DNA of 64,000 bases from Brevibacterium luteolum (GTDB lineage: Bacteria > Actinomycetota > Actinomycetes > Actinomycetales > Brevibacteriaceae). The stretch covers positions 186,001 to 250,000 of the forward strand of contig NZ_JABEMC010000001.1 in the NCBI RefSeq assembly GCF_013004595.1. Direction: 5' to 3'. Positions 49,952 through 59,847 of this stretch are shown here, in pieces (the stretch's first letter is position 1; each line of letters opens with the position of its first letter). A program made the position numbers and the translations under genes. The notes below the pieces were generated by a model. That model saw nothing but the letters and a program-made list of their open reading frames with translations, was not told the DNA's origin and made no database searches.

Positions 49952-50632
49952 ATGGTGACGATGACTGCCACGCTGCTCCTCCTCGCCGGGCTTGCGCTGC
50001 TCGATGCCACGAGTATCGGCACACTCGGCATTCCGCTGTGGATGCTGCTGGCCCAGCGGGTGCGCATCAGCCTCGTGTTCGTCTACCTGGCAGTTCTTGC
50101 TGCGTTCTATTGGCTGGTCGGCATCGCGCTGTACTACGGCGGGCTGGCGGCCTTCGGCTGGCTCGGCGAATGGTCAGCCATTCCGTGGATCGAGCTCATC
50201 CTCGGTGTCATCTGCCTCGCCTCGGCATTCCTGCCCCGCAGACTGTGGGAGGGCCAGATGGGCTTCGCCAACCGATTCCAGGACAAGGTGGCCGTCACCG
50301 GCACCTTCGCCACCGCCTCGGGCCTGGCGCTCATCGCCGGTCTCATCGAGATCACCGGCATGTACCCGTATCTGGCCAGCATCGGCATCATCATCAACAA
50401 GAGCCTGCCCGGGGTCCTGACGCTGGCAGCCTACGCGGTGGTCATGGTGCTGCCGGCCCTCATCCTCACGATCATCCGGCTGCTCGTCCACGAGCGGATC
50501 GAGCCTGCGCTCGCCGGTTTCCGCGCCTGGGTTGAGCGCAACACCGGGACTGTCACCGCGGTGACCTTCTTCGTCATCGGTGCGCTGCTGATCTTCGACG
50601 CGGTGGTCAATCGGTTCGGGTGGATCGGGTAG
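49952..50632 (+). CDS. GAP (Sap-like) family membrane protein
   Basis: GLALLDATSIGTLGIP and EITGMYPYLA, multiple TMs; start may be 49961. Confidence 0.7.
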   Translation: MVTMTATLLLLAGLALLDATSIGTLGIPLWMLLAQRVRISLVFVYLAVLAAFYWLVGIALYYGGLAAFGWLGEWSAIPWIELILGVICLASAFLPRRLWEGQMGFANRFQDKVAVTGTFATASGLALIAGLIEITGMYPYLASIGIIINKSLPGVLTLAAYAVVMVLPALILTIIRLLVHERIEPALAGFRAWVERNTGTVTAVTFFVIGALLIFDAVVNRFGWIG

Positions 50633-50659
50633 CGCGGCAGATAGGCTGAAAGGACGCGC

Positions 50660-51955
50660 ATGACCAGCGCTGACCAGACGAGCGCTGACTACGGAAACGG
50701 AGGACCTATGCCCATCGACGCGCCGCTCACCTCAGCCGAGATCGACCGTCAGCTCAGCGCCTTGCTGCCGCAGCTCGAAGAAGAGTACCGGGAGTTCCAC
50801 GCGCATCCGGAACTGTCGATGCAGGAGGAGTGGACCGCCGCTCGCATCGAGGAGCACCTGCGCGCTCTCGACCTGACACCCCAGCGCTTCGGCGGCACCG
50901 GCGTCGTCGCCGTCATCGACAACGGCACCGGACCGGTGGTCGCCTACCGGGCGGACACCGACGGCCTGCCGATCGCCGAGGATACCGGCCTCGACTACGC
51001 CTCGACCGCCCGGGGCACCCTGCCCGACGGCACCGAAACACCGGTCATGCACGGCTGCGGGCACGACACCCACATCACAGTGGCACTCGGCATCGCCCGG
51101 CTTTTGACCGCAAACCGCGGGGCCTGGTCCGGCACCGTCGTGATGATCTTCCAGCCCGGAGAGGAGACCGCCCAGGGCGCACTCGCGATGCTCAACGACG
51201 GGCTGTGGGATCAGGTTCCCAAGCCGCAGGCCGTCTACGGCCAGCATGTGTGGCCCGGCCGGGCCGGCCACGTCAGCCTGTCGGTAGGCACTGCGATGGC
51301 GATGTCGGACTGTCTGCGCGTGACAGTGCACGGCAAGCAGGCGCACGGCTCCCAGCCCGAGGCGGCGATCGACCCGATCGTGTTGGCGGCGTTCATGATC
51401 ACGCGCCTGCAGACGGTCGTGTCCCGCGAGATCTCCGCACGCGAAGCGGTGGTGGTGACGATCGCGACGGTCAAGGGAGGGCTGAAGGAGAACATCATCC
51501 CGGACTCGGCAGAGTTCACGATGAACATCCGCACCTTCAGCGAAGAGATCCGGGAAGAGGTCCTCGCCGCGATCGAACGGATCATCAAGGCCGAAGCCCA
51601 GGCCTCGGGGGCGCCGGAGCCGACGATCGAAGAGATGTACCGGTTCCCGCGCTGCTACAACAGCCCCAGCCATGCCGAGGAGCTGTTGGAGGTGTTCGCT
51701 GAGACGCTCGGCGAGGACAAGGTCAAGCAGACCGAGCCGGTGACCGGGTCCGAGGACGTTGGCTGGTTCGGCGACACCATCGACGTGCCCTACGTCTACT
51801 GGTTCTTCGGCGCCTACTCAGAGGAGAAGATGGCCACCGAAGGCGGCCCGGCCGGCAATCACTCGCCGTTCTTCGCCCCGGACGAGGTCGGCACGACGCT
51901 GGGCACCGGTGTGCGGACCGGGATCGCTGCGATCCTGCACGAACTGCGCCGCTAG
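50660..51955 (+). CDS. M20D amidohydrolase (hippuricase/aminoacylase-like)
   Basis: HAHPELS, RADTDGLP, MHGCGHD, FQPGEE, GSED, NHSPFF; start may be 50708. Confidence 0.88.
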   Translation: MTSADQTSADYGNGGPMPIDAPLTSAEIDRQLSALLPQLEEEYREFHAHPELSMQEEWTAARIEEHLRALDLTPQRFGGTGVVAVIDNGTGPVVAYRADTDGLPIAEDTGLDYASTARGTLPDGTETPVMHGCGHDTHITVALGIARLLTANRGAWSGTVVMIFQPGEETAQGALAMLNDGLWDQVPKPQAVYGQHVWPGRAGHVSLSVGTAMAMSDCLRVTVHGKQAHGSQPEAAIDPIVLAAFMITRLQTVVSREISAREAVVVTIATVKGGLKENIIPDSAEFTMNIRTFSEEIREEVLAAIERIIKAEAQASGAPEPTIEEMYRFPRCYNSPSHAEELLEVFAETLGEDKVKQTEPVTGSEDVGWFGDTIDVPYVYWFFGAYSEEKMATEGGPAGNHSPFFAPDEVGTTLGTGVRTGIAAILHELRR

Positions 51956-52313
51956 AACGAAAGGCCCAAGCGTCGGGGCACAACTACGAGCGCAGCTCGG
52001 CTGCCAGGTACCCCATGTCAGCGTCCGAACTCGTCGACCGGGCCGTCTTCAGCCCGTGGAGCCATCCGGCAGGTGCTGGTGCACGGTGGCGATGGTCATC
52101 GGTACGGGCACTCATGGTGGTCAATGTGACATAGCTGCCTTGAGGCATCGAGTGTGCCATCGCATCTGATGATACCCGGCTGGTGACAGAGACGACTGTG
52201 GTCGGCTGCTGACAGAGACGACAGCGGTGTGGAATCGTGGTGGTTGCAGACATCTGCCGCAACTACCGCGTCTGTGCGGTGTTGCGTGTGATCACTGAGC
52301 CTAGGAGGGCACC

Positions 52314-52631
52314 ATGTACTTCATCGTCGTCAAGTTCCCCGTCAAGGATGAGAGCGTCGAACAGTGGCCGGAGATCGTCCGAGAATTCACCGAGGCGACG
52401 CGCGCAGAACCGGGCAACCTGTGGTTCGAATGGTCACGCAGCCTCGAGAACCCGAACGAGTTCGTCCTCTGCGAGGCATTCACAGACGACGGCGCCGAAC
52501 CGCACGTCACGAGCGACCACTTCGCCAAGGGCCTCGAAGCGATGAAGCCGCACCTCACCGCGACGCCGAAGATCCTGTCGCGTCAGTTCGACGGCGACGG
52601 CTGGGACGAGATGGGCGAGCTGCAGGTGTGA
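52314..52631 (+). CDS. Antibiotic biosynthesis monooxygenase (ABM) family protein
   Basis: TRAEPGNLWFEWSRS..HVTSDHF; AGGAGG RBS. Confidence 0.85.
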   Translation: MYFIVVKFPVKDESVEQWPEIVREFTEATRAEPGNLWFEWSRSLENPNEFVLCEAFTDDGAEPHVTSDHFAKGLEAMKPHLTATPKILSRQFDGDGWDEMGELQV

Positions 52632-52689
52632 GCGTGCACTATCCAACTCCGGGCCTAGTCATGTGCCTGTTTCTCAAGGAGAGAAATAA

Positions 52690-54102
52690 ATGCCGTCGAT
52701 GATAATCGGCGCGGTGGCCGCATTCCTGTTAAAAGCCGTTTTTCAACTAGTCAAAATCCGTTGGCCCGAGAACTATTTTGATAGCTCAACTAGGTCAACT
52801 GCATGGTTTACCGATTCTCCCATTAAAGTGTTGCTGTGGAGGGCCGTCCCGTTCTCCTTGGGTGGCATGGTTCTGGTGAGCGTTGGCATCGATGTGAACC
52901 TTAATAATAATATATTGATACTTTCCTACTTGTTCTTCCATCTCCTGACTACGAATGGAGTCACGCTTTTCAGGGCGGTAGCAGTCGGCGTAGGCGTGGG
53001 GGGACAAGTATTGTACTTCGCGGTGACATTAATTTGCCTTGGGTTTATTTCCGTCTTAATGATTGTTGGAGATGACTACGCCCGACAGTTTTTCCCTAGC
53101 TGGGAAAACCTGATGTCCGGCGTTTGGACGGCAATATTAGTTGGAGTAGGTCTCGCTGCTTACAATGTCGCGACTAGATCCTCGCCTGAAGTGCCGGCTC
53201 CGGTCTTGGAGCCAAGCAACCTAAAAACGCCGATTTACTATATTGCGACGATTTGTCGGTTCGCCTATCAGAATAGAGTCGACCCATTATTATTGCTCGC
53301 AATAATTGAAGTCGAGGTTCAAAACAGGCCTAGTTTTGCCCGTCACGCAGAACTATTTCTTTGCCGAATTGCGCCGAAGTGCCTTCGTCCGTTAAGCCTC
53401 GGGGTCGCGCAGCAGCCATTTCCGGATCTTAAGAATCGTAGGGACTTCTGGTCGATTAAGCTTCGTGAACTTGATTTTCGATCGATCGAGATATTGTCTA
53501 GCCGGTTAAGTGGTATAAATCCGGGTGATTCCCGGCTTGTCCTCGGCTCTTTCGAGGTAAAAGCCGCTGCTAATAGAATCAATGGTTCTTCTGAAGTTAT
53601 AAATTCGGTTGCGGAGACATACCGTCGTCTAGTCGATGCGGAAGGAGCTCTCTCAGAATATGTTGATCTAAATCCACCGGACGGAGATCTTGATGTGAAT
53701 TCGCGGAATCTTTATCAAGGATTTTCGATGTCGGATGCTCTGACAATCACATCGCCGTGGGCGATTCGCTTTGAAGACTCAGTCTACGTTTATTTTCGGG
53801 TGGTGGGAGATCAGATTGAGGGAGTCCGTCTCCTTGCCGAGGATGTAGTCTCCGGTTCGATCGTGAGGCGATGGGAGTTTGATAGCTCGCATTGTGATTA
53901 CATTTTTGGCCTGTACCGAATATCTGCTGTGGGGAGTGGGGTTGTGCTGATGATTGATACAGCCGATGGATCGTCATTGGAATTCGATACTTCCCCCGTG
54001 CATTACGAGCCGCCGTTGCGACTGGTTTACTCCGCGTCGTCTGATCTTGTGAGTTTAGGCTATAGCCTAAACGCGGAAGGTGTATCAATGCGTAGAGGGT
54101 GA
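52690..54102 (+). CDS. Low-GC hypothetical membrane protein with possible lysozyme-like domain
   Basis: 470-aa ORF in AT-richer DNA, AAGGAG RBS, about 5 N-terminal TMs, then VDPLLLLAIIEVE..SLGVAQ. Confidence 0.65.
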   Translation: MPSMIIGAVAAFLLKAVFQLVKIRWPENYFDSSTRSTAWFTDSPIKVLLWRAVPFSLGGMVLVSVGIDVNLNNNILILSYLFFHLLTTNGVTLFRAVAVGVGVGGQVLYFAVTLICLGFISVLMIVGDDYARQFFPSWENLMSGVWTAILVGVGLAAYNVATRSSPEVPAPVLEPSNLKTPIYYIATICRFAYQNRVDPLLLLAIIEVEVQNRPSFARHAELFLCRIAPKCLRPLSLGVAQQPFPDLKNRRDFWSIKLRELDFRSIEILSSRLSGINPGDSRLVLGSFEVKAAANRINGSSEVINSVAETYRRLVDAEGALSEYVDLNPPDGDLDVNSRNLYQGFSMSDALTITSPWAIRFEDSVYVYFRVVGDQIEGVRLLAEDVVSGSIVRRWEFDSSHCDYIFGLYRISAVGSGVVLMIDTADGSSLEFDTSPVHYEPPLRLVYSASSDLVSLGYSLNAEGVSMRRG

Positions 54103-54339
54103 GGAAATTGGCCTCATATGTCCAGGGCGTGGAAACTGTGCCGCCTAAGATACCTATTCCCTGCGCTTGTGAAAGTGAGGCGGTACGTTGGTAGGGCCCT
54201 GTCTGCATCGCACCGCTGAAATCGAGCCTTTGGGGCCGAGCGGTGTCGAAGCCACTCTCAGCATGCTTTGGACTGAGATTTTGAATGATTCCTGAGTAGT
54301 GAGAAGGCTCGAGTCCATTGTCAGGTTCGCGCCTTCTGC

Positions 54340-54606
54340 TCATCCTCGTTTCTGTCTGGCGCAGGCCCGAATCGCCTCCGAGACCGAGGTCCCAGGGTGC
54401 TCGGAGCGGTAGTTCTTGATGTCCTCCGGAGTGACGCCCTCAGGGAGCTTCGAGACGCCGGCAGGGTTGCCCAGGATCGGCCTGCTGAAGAAAAAGGCCG
54501 CCGCCAGCGCCGCGAGCGCTGCGAGCATGGCGGCCGTTGCGTTCCCGGCGAAGTGGAAACCGAGAGCGCCCAGCGATAAGAGGGTGACTGAGATCGCTCT
54601 GATCAT
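54340..54606 (-). CDS. Small membrane protein with C-terminal short helical domain
   Basis: AAGGAG RBS before ATG 54606, two TMs, IKNYRSEHPGTSVSEAI. Confidence 0.6.
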   Translation of the reverse strand: MIRAISVTLLSLGALGFHFAGNATAAMLAALAALAAAFFFSRPILGNPAGVSKLPEGVTPEDIKNYRSEHPGTSVSEAIRACARQKRG

Positions 54607-54710
54607 GCTTCTCCTTCGCTGACGCACGGGTTCGTGATCGGGATAAAGCCGGGGAGCCAGCCCATCTGCGCCGCGCTCCGCTCTCGGTCGCTCGGCGCAC
54701 GCCCACCCTA

Positions 54711-56401
54711 CTACTTCACCAGCTCCTCAGCCTTCGCCCGCAGCTCGACCTTGCGGATCTTTCCCGAGACCGTCATGGGGAACTCGTCGGTGATCTGCAG
54801 GTAGCGGGGGATCTTGTAATGCGCCAGCTGGCCGGAGCAGAACTCGCGCAGCCGGTCGATCGTCAGCTCCTCAGCGCCCTCGCGCAGGATCACCCAGGCC
54901 ATGAGCTCCTCGCCGTACTTCTCATCGGAGACCCCGACCACCTGCACGTCTCGGATCGCCGGATGCTGGTAGAGGAACTCCTCGATCTCACGCGGGTAGA
55001 TGTTCTCCCCACCGCGGATCACCATGTCCTTGATCCGGCCGGTGATGTTGAGATACCCGTCGTCGTCCATGATCGCCAGATCCCCGGTGTGCATCCAGCG
55101 GGCGGCATCGATCGCCTCGGCGGTCTTGTCCGGCTCCTCCCAGTATCCGAGCATCACGCAGTAGCCGCGCGTGCACAGCTCGCCCTTCTCACCGCGCGGC
55201 ACCGTCAGCCCGGTGATCGGGTCGACGACCTTGACCTCAGTGTGCGGCATCACCCGGCCGACGGTCTCGGTGCGGCGCTCCAGGCTGTCATCGGTGCGGG
55301 TCATCGTCGAGACCGGCGCGGTCTCGGTCATGCCGTAGCAGATCGCCACCTCGGCCATGTTCATATCGCTGATGACCCGCTTCATCACCTCGACCGGGCA
55401 GGTGGAGCCGGCCATGACGCCGGTGCGCAGCGTTGAGAGGTCGAAGTCGGAGAAGTTTGCCAGCTCCAGCTCGGCGATGAACATCGTCGGCACGCCGTAC
55501 AGCGACGTGGCCTTCTCATCGGTCACCGCCTGCAGGGTCGCCTGCGGGTCGAAGCCAGGGGAGGGGATGACCGCGCACGCCCCGTGGGAGTAGATGTCGA
55601 GGTTGCCGATGACCATCCAAAACAGTGAAAGAACGGCACCGGCAGGCACACGATGTCCTCTTCGGTGTAGCCGAGCAGCTCGCCGATGAAGTAGCCGTTG
55701 TTCAGGATGTTGTGGTGGCTTAAGGTCACGCCCTTGGGGAAGCCGGTGGTTCCCGAGGTGTACTGGATGTTGATCGGCTCGTCGGCTCCCAGCTCGGCGC
55801 CAAGCGTTGCCAGCCGCACATCGGCTTTGACCGCTGGGCGGTCCATGAGCTCTCGACCGCGTTCGAGCAGGTGGGCGAACGATTCCGACTCGTCGAGGCC
55901 GCCGGCAGGGGAGGCGAGGACCTCCTCGGCGGCGGTGTCGATGAAGACCAGCCGCAGGTTCGCCACCGCACCGGCCACCTCGCGAGCGAGTGCCACGAAG
56001 TCCGAGTGCGGGGCGGCCATCTGTGAGATGAGCAGCGTCGTGCCGGACTGCTTGATGACGTATTCGAGCTCATGTGCCCGGTATGCGGGATTGATGTTGA
56101 CGAGGATCGCGCCGATTTTCGCCGCCGCGTACTGCACGATCGTCCACTCCGGCAGGTTCTGCGCCCAGATGCCGACCCGGTCGCCCTTGGCGATCCCGCG
56201 GTCGATGAGGCTCATCGCCACCGCATCGGAGTCGCGATCGAGTTCGGCGTAGGTCCAGCGGCGGCCGGTCGGGGCGTCGACGAGGGCTTCGCGGTCGGCG
56301 AACCGGGCGACGTTCTTCTTGAAGTTCGCACCGATCGTGTCGCCGAGCAGCGGCTGGGACGACGTGCCCGAGGTGTAGGACAGTTCTCGTTGCGCACTCA
56401 C
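54711..56401 (-). pseudogene. AMP-dependent acyl-CoA synthetase (FadD35-like), split by a 1-nt frameshift near 55617
   Basis: 5' part has [11 protein letters not shown] and PFFHCFG; the continuation [27 protein letters not shown] is in another frame; junction reads ttt gg atg gtc. Confidence 0.85.
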
Positions 56402-56426
56402 GTGGGGCTCCTCTGAAGGATCGGGG

Positions 56427-56442
56427 TGTGACTGCCGTCACC
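56427..56442. promoter_or_regulatory. CRP/GlxR-type site upstream of the acyl-CoA synthetase
   Basis: TGTGA-ctgccg-TCACC, 9/10 to consensus. Confidence 0.5.
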
Positions 56443-56619
56443 GGGTTGTGGTGCTCATCATAAACACCCGAGACGCGACTGACGAGGGCGGGGAGGGTGG
56501 GGTGCCGGAGGGGGCTTCGGCGAGCGCTGCGTGCCGGAGTGAGTGTGATGTCCGCCGCGCCGCATACACTCACGTCTAAGTCGGCTGATATAGGTCGCCG
56601 GTTACGAAATGAGGTTGCG

Positions 56620-59217
56620 ATGACCATCATGGATCCCACGCCGATCAGGCGGCAGCCCTCGGGGCGCCTTGACGAAATCGAGGCTGTGTTGCCGAGATTG
56701 CGAACAGAACCGGCTGAGCCTCACGACCCGTTCCTTGCTCTCGTGCGCGGACGGCCAGCGCGAGAGGTGAACCCCGGCCTGTGGGATTGGCAGGCAGAGG
56801 CGTTGGACCGCTGGCACGCATCAGATTGTCGAGGTGTCATCGAGGCAGTGACCGGTGCCGGCAAGACGATGGTCGGCATCACCGCTGCATACGAGGCGTG
56901 CCGAATGGGAGTCAAGGTCCTGGTGCTCGTGCCGACTATCGAGCTGCAGGAGCAGTGGTTTTCGCGACTGAACACGACCCTGCCCGATGCTCTCGTCGGC
57001 ATGTTCGGCAACGGGCGCCGCGATTCGCTTCGGGACTGCGACATCGTCATTGCAGTCGTCCACTCTGCTGCCCGCAGCGAGCAGCTGGCAGATCACCACA
57101 GTGGTCTTCTCATCGCTGACGAGACTCATCGCTACGCGGCCCCGTCCTTCGTGCGTGCGCTCAGCGAGCGCTTCTCCTACCGACTCGGTCTGACTGCCAC
57201 CTATGAGCGGCCGGATGAAGCACACAAGCACCAATTGGATCCCTACTTCGGCGGAGTCATCTTTCGCCTGTGGTACGACCGAGCCCTCGCTGATGGTGTG
57301 ATCGCTCCGTTCGACCTCGCGTTCGTGCGCATCGATCTGAACGCCGAGGAGCGGTCAAACTATGAACGCTTCAGCAGCCGGATGAGCAAACTCGAAAGGC
57401 CACTGCGGCACAAGCTCGGACTAGTCGGCGCGCCGGTGGGGAAGTTCTTCACGGCAGTCTCTCGACTCGCCGGCCGGAAGGACGATCCCAGCCCGGCTGC
57501 GATGATGGCACGTCGCTATCTCGACGCGATGAACCGCAGGCAGTCTGTGCTGTCGAATGCCCGATCCAAGCTTCGGCTTTTGGAGGAGCTTGCTCCGGTT
57601 GTCGCGAAATCGGATGGAACCCTCGTTTTTGCCGACACGATCGACAGCTCAACTCAAGCCGGCGCTGTCCTCAGTTCGGCAGGGGTCAAGTGTGAGTCGA
57701 TCAGCAGCGACTCTCCGCCGGAGACCAGGCGCGGGGCTCTCAGCCGCTTCGGCCATGGTCATGCGCAGGCGCTGTGCGCGCCCCGGATCCTCGACGAGGG
57801 AATCGATGTGCCCCGAGCCGACCTCGCGATCGTGGTTTCCGGGTCGAGACAGGCCCGTCAGACCATTCAGAGGCTCGGCCGAGTCATCCGGCGCAAGCCG
57901 AATGGCGGCAGAGGGCGCTTCGTTCACGTCTTCGCCGCACGGACTGCTGAGGATCCATTCGAGCGCAAGAGCCGCCAGTACGCTGACATCGAACAGTTCG
58001 CAGATCGTGTCGGGCACTTCACCGGTGACGAGGTGCGAAGCCTCAGACGCTTCCTCCTCGAAGACCGGCGACAGATGCGGCCACCTCTCGCTGAACCGCA
58101 CTCCGAAGCGGAGGTGCCGCCGACAGTTGAAACGGTCCTTGTGCCTGAGCCCGTCGAGGCCCCGCACGCTGCGACACCTGAACCTCAGGCGCCCTCGCCA
58201 TCACCGACAGAACCGGGGCCCGCTGAAGACGGGGCGTTTGAGATCGTCCTTCGGATACCGGATGAACGGAAAGTCGCCGCAGACGAGTTGAGGCCGCAGC
58301 TCGGCGGCAAAAGCTTGCACGACAGCACCAAGCTTTATCTGATCGGCATCGGCAAGGCGCCGTTGCTCACCGCTGAAGATGAGGTCGCGCTGGCGAAGAC
58401 CATCGAAGCGGGACTCTACGCGGAACACCTCTGGCAGAATGAGCGCTACTCCACGCGACGCGGACGCCATGAGCTCGAAGCAGTTGTGCGCGAGGGCCGG
58501 GAGGCGAAAGAGAAGTTCGTCAGAAGCAACCTGCGCCTAGTTGCCAGCATTGCAAAGTCCTATGCACGACATTGTCATCACCTGGAATTTCTCGATCTCA
58601 TCTCGCATGGCCACATCGGGCTTACGCGTGCGGTCGACGGTTTCGACTTCAAGCGAGGACAGAAGTTCTCAACGTATGCAACGTGGTGGATCCGCCAGTC
58701 GATCAACCGGGGCATTCAGGACGAGGAACGAACTATCAGGGTGCCCGTGCATGTGCTCGATCGAGTCAGTGAGCATCGCCGGTGCGAAGATGCCCGACTG
58801 TGCGACCATGACATCGACCTGATCGAGCGGGTCGACTATATGCAGCCTCGTTCGCTGGATCGGATCCTGGACGATGAGAAGCTCGTGGGCCTTTTCGCTG
58901 AACGGTTCAGCCCGGTCGACCTCAATACGGGGGAGAGCCAACACACTCTTCCGCACCCGGAGGACGAGATGCTGCTGTGCGAGCGCAACGCAGCGGTCAA
59001 TGCAGTCATCGACCAGTTGCTTGGACCCCGCGAGGCTGACATCATCCGACGCCGATTCGGATGGAGTGGCGAGCCGCAGACCCTCGAGGTTATCGGCCAG
59101 GCGTACGACGTGACACGGGAGCGGATACGGCAGCTGGAGCGGGACTCGCTGAAAACACTCAGGGAGTTCATGACGCGGGTCCCCGCTGGCGATGAAGAAG
59201 ACGTTCCGGCCGGCTGA
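56620..59217 (+). CDS. SF2 DExH helicase (XPB/Rad25/ResIII-like) fused to a C-terminal RpoD-type sigma70 domain
   Basis: WQAEAL, TGAGKT, VPTIELQEQW, DETH, LTAT, LVFAD, LDEGIDVP, QRLGRVIR; then DSTKLYL..LLTAEDEVALA, NLRLVASIAK, KFSTYATWWIRQ, RTIRVPVH, RRRFG..TLEVIG..VTRERIRQLE; GAGG RBS before ATG 56620. Confidence 0.9.
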   Translation: MTIMDPTPIRRQPSGRLDEIEAVLPRLRTEPAEPHDPFLALVRGRPAREVNPGLWDWQAEALDRWHASDCRGVIEAVTGAGKTMVGITAAYEACRMGVKVLVLVPTIELQEQWFSRLNTTLPDALVGMFGNGRRDSLRDCDIVIAVVHSAARSEQLADHHSGLLIADETHRYAAPSFVRALSERFSYRLGLTATYERPDEAHKHQLDPYFGGVIFRLWYDRALADGVIAPFDLAFVRIDLNAEERSNYERFSSRMSKLERPLRHKLGLVGAPVGKFFTAVSRLAGRKDDPSPAAMMARRYLDAMNRRQSVLSNARSKLRLLEELAPVVAKSDGTLVFADTIDSSTQAGAVLSSAGVKCESISSDSPPETRRGALSRFGHGHAQALCAPRILDEGIDVPRADLAIVVSGSRQARQTIQRLGRVIRRKPNGGRGRFVHVFAARTAEDPFERKSRQYADIEQFADRVGHFTGDEVRSLRRFLLEDRRQMRPPLAEPHSEAEVPPTVETVLVPEPVEAPHAATPEPQAPSPSPTEPGPAEDGAFEIVLRIPDERKVAADELRPQLGGKSLHDSTKLYLIGIGKAPLLTAEDEVALAKTIEAGLYAEHLWQNERYSTRRGRHELEAVVREGREAKEKFVRSNLRLVASIAKSYARHCHHLEFLDLISHGHIGLTRAVDGFDFKRGQKFSTYATWWIRQSINRGIQDEERTIRVPVHVLDRVSEHRRCEDARLCDHDIDLIERVDYMQPRSLDRILDDEKLVGLFAERFSPVDLNTGESQHTLPHPEDEMLLCERNAAVNAVIDQLLGPREADIIRRRFGWSGEPQTLEVIGQAYDVTRERIRQLERDSLKTLREFMTRVPAGDEEDVPAG

Positions 59218-59292
59218 TGCTCGGTCGGAGCCGGCCTCAGCATGAGAGCTGCCCGAGTGCCCCGCGTCACCTCCGGCTTGTACGCTTGAGCC

Positions 59293-59847
59293 ATGACTGA
59301 GAACACGCCATCGACTGAGCAGAACGGCGCCGCTGATGCCGCCCAGCCGGACGCTGCCGAGCCCACCCACGTCATCCAGCAGCGCGGCCTGTGGTTCGAG
59401 GAGTTCGAGATCGGTGCGGTGTACAAGCACGCCCCCGGCCGAACGATCACCGAGGCTGACAACACCTGGTTCACCGCCGTGACGATGAACACCCAGGCAC
59501 TCCACCTCGACGCCGCTTTCGCTGAGACCGAGCCGTTCGGCCAGCGCCTGGTGAACTCGATGTTCACGCTGGCCACCCTCGTCGGACTCTCGGTCTCGCA
59601 GCTGACCCAGGGCACGATCGTCGGCAACCTCGGCTTCTCCGAGGTCGCCTTCCCCAAGCCGCTGTTCCACGGCGATACCCTGTATGCGGAGACGAAGATC
59701 GTCGACAAGCGCCTGTCGAACTCCCGCCCCGGCCAGGGCATCGTGAGCCTGGAGCACATCGGCCGCAACCAGCACGGCGACATCGTCGCCAAGGCAGTGC
59801 GCAAGACGATGGTCTTCACCGCCGACCACGCTGAGAAGGAGGCATGA
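59293..59847 (+). CDS. MaoC-family dehydratase (Rv2499c-like)
   Basis: GLWFEEF, PGRTITEADN, NTQALHLD, NLGFSEV..PLFHGDTL. Confidence 0.9.
   Translation: MTENTPSTEQNGAADAAQPDAAEPTHVIQQRGLWFEEFEIGAVYKHAPGRTITEADNTWFTAVTMNTQALHLDAAFAETEPFGQRLVNSMFTLATLVGLSVSQLTQGTIVGNLGFSEVAFPKPLFHGDTLYAETKIVDKRLSNSRPGQGIVSLEHIGRNQHGDIVAKAVRKTMVFTADHAEKEA

Noticed and set aside
51984..52262. 92-aa minus-strand ORF in the amidohydrolase-ABM spacer
   Set aside because: No RBS, motif or codon bias; cannot be supported.
53747..54343. 198-aa minus-strand ORF coupled by ATGA to the small membrane gene
   Set aside because: Overlaps the 3' 350 nt of the better-supported 52690..54102 gene and has no recognisable features.
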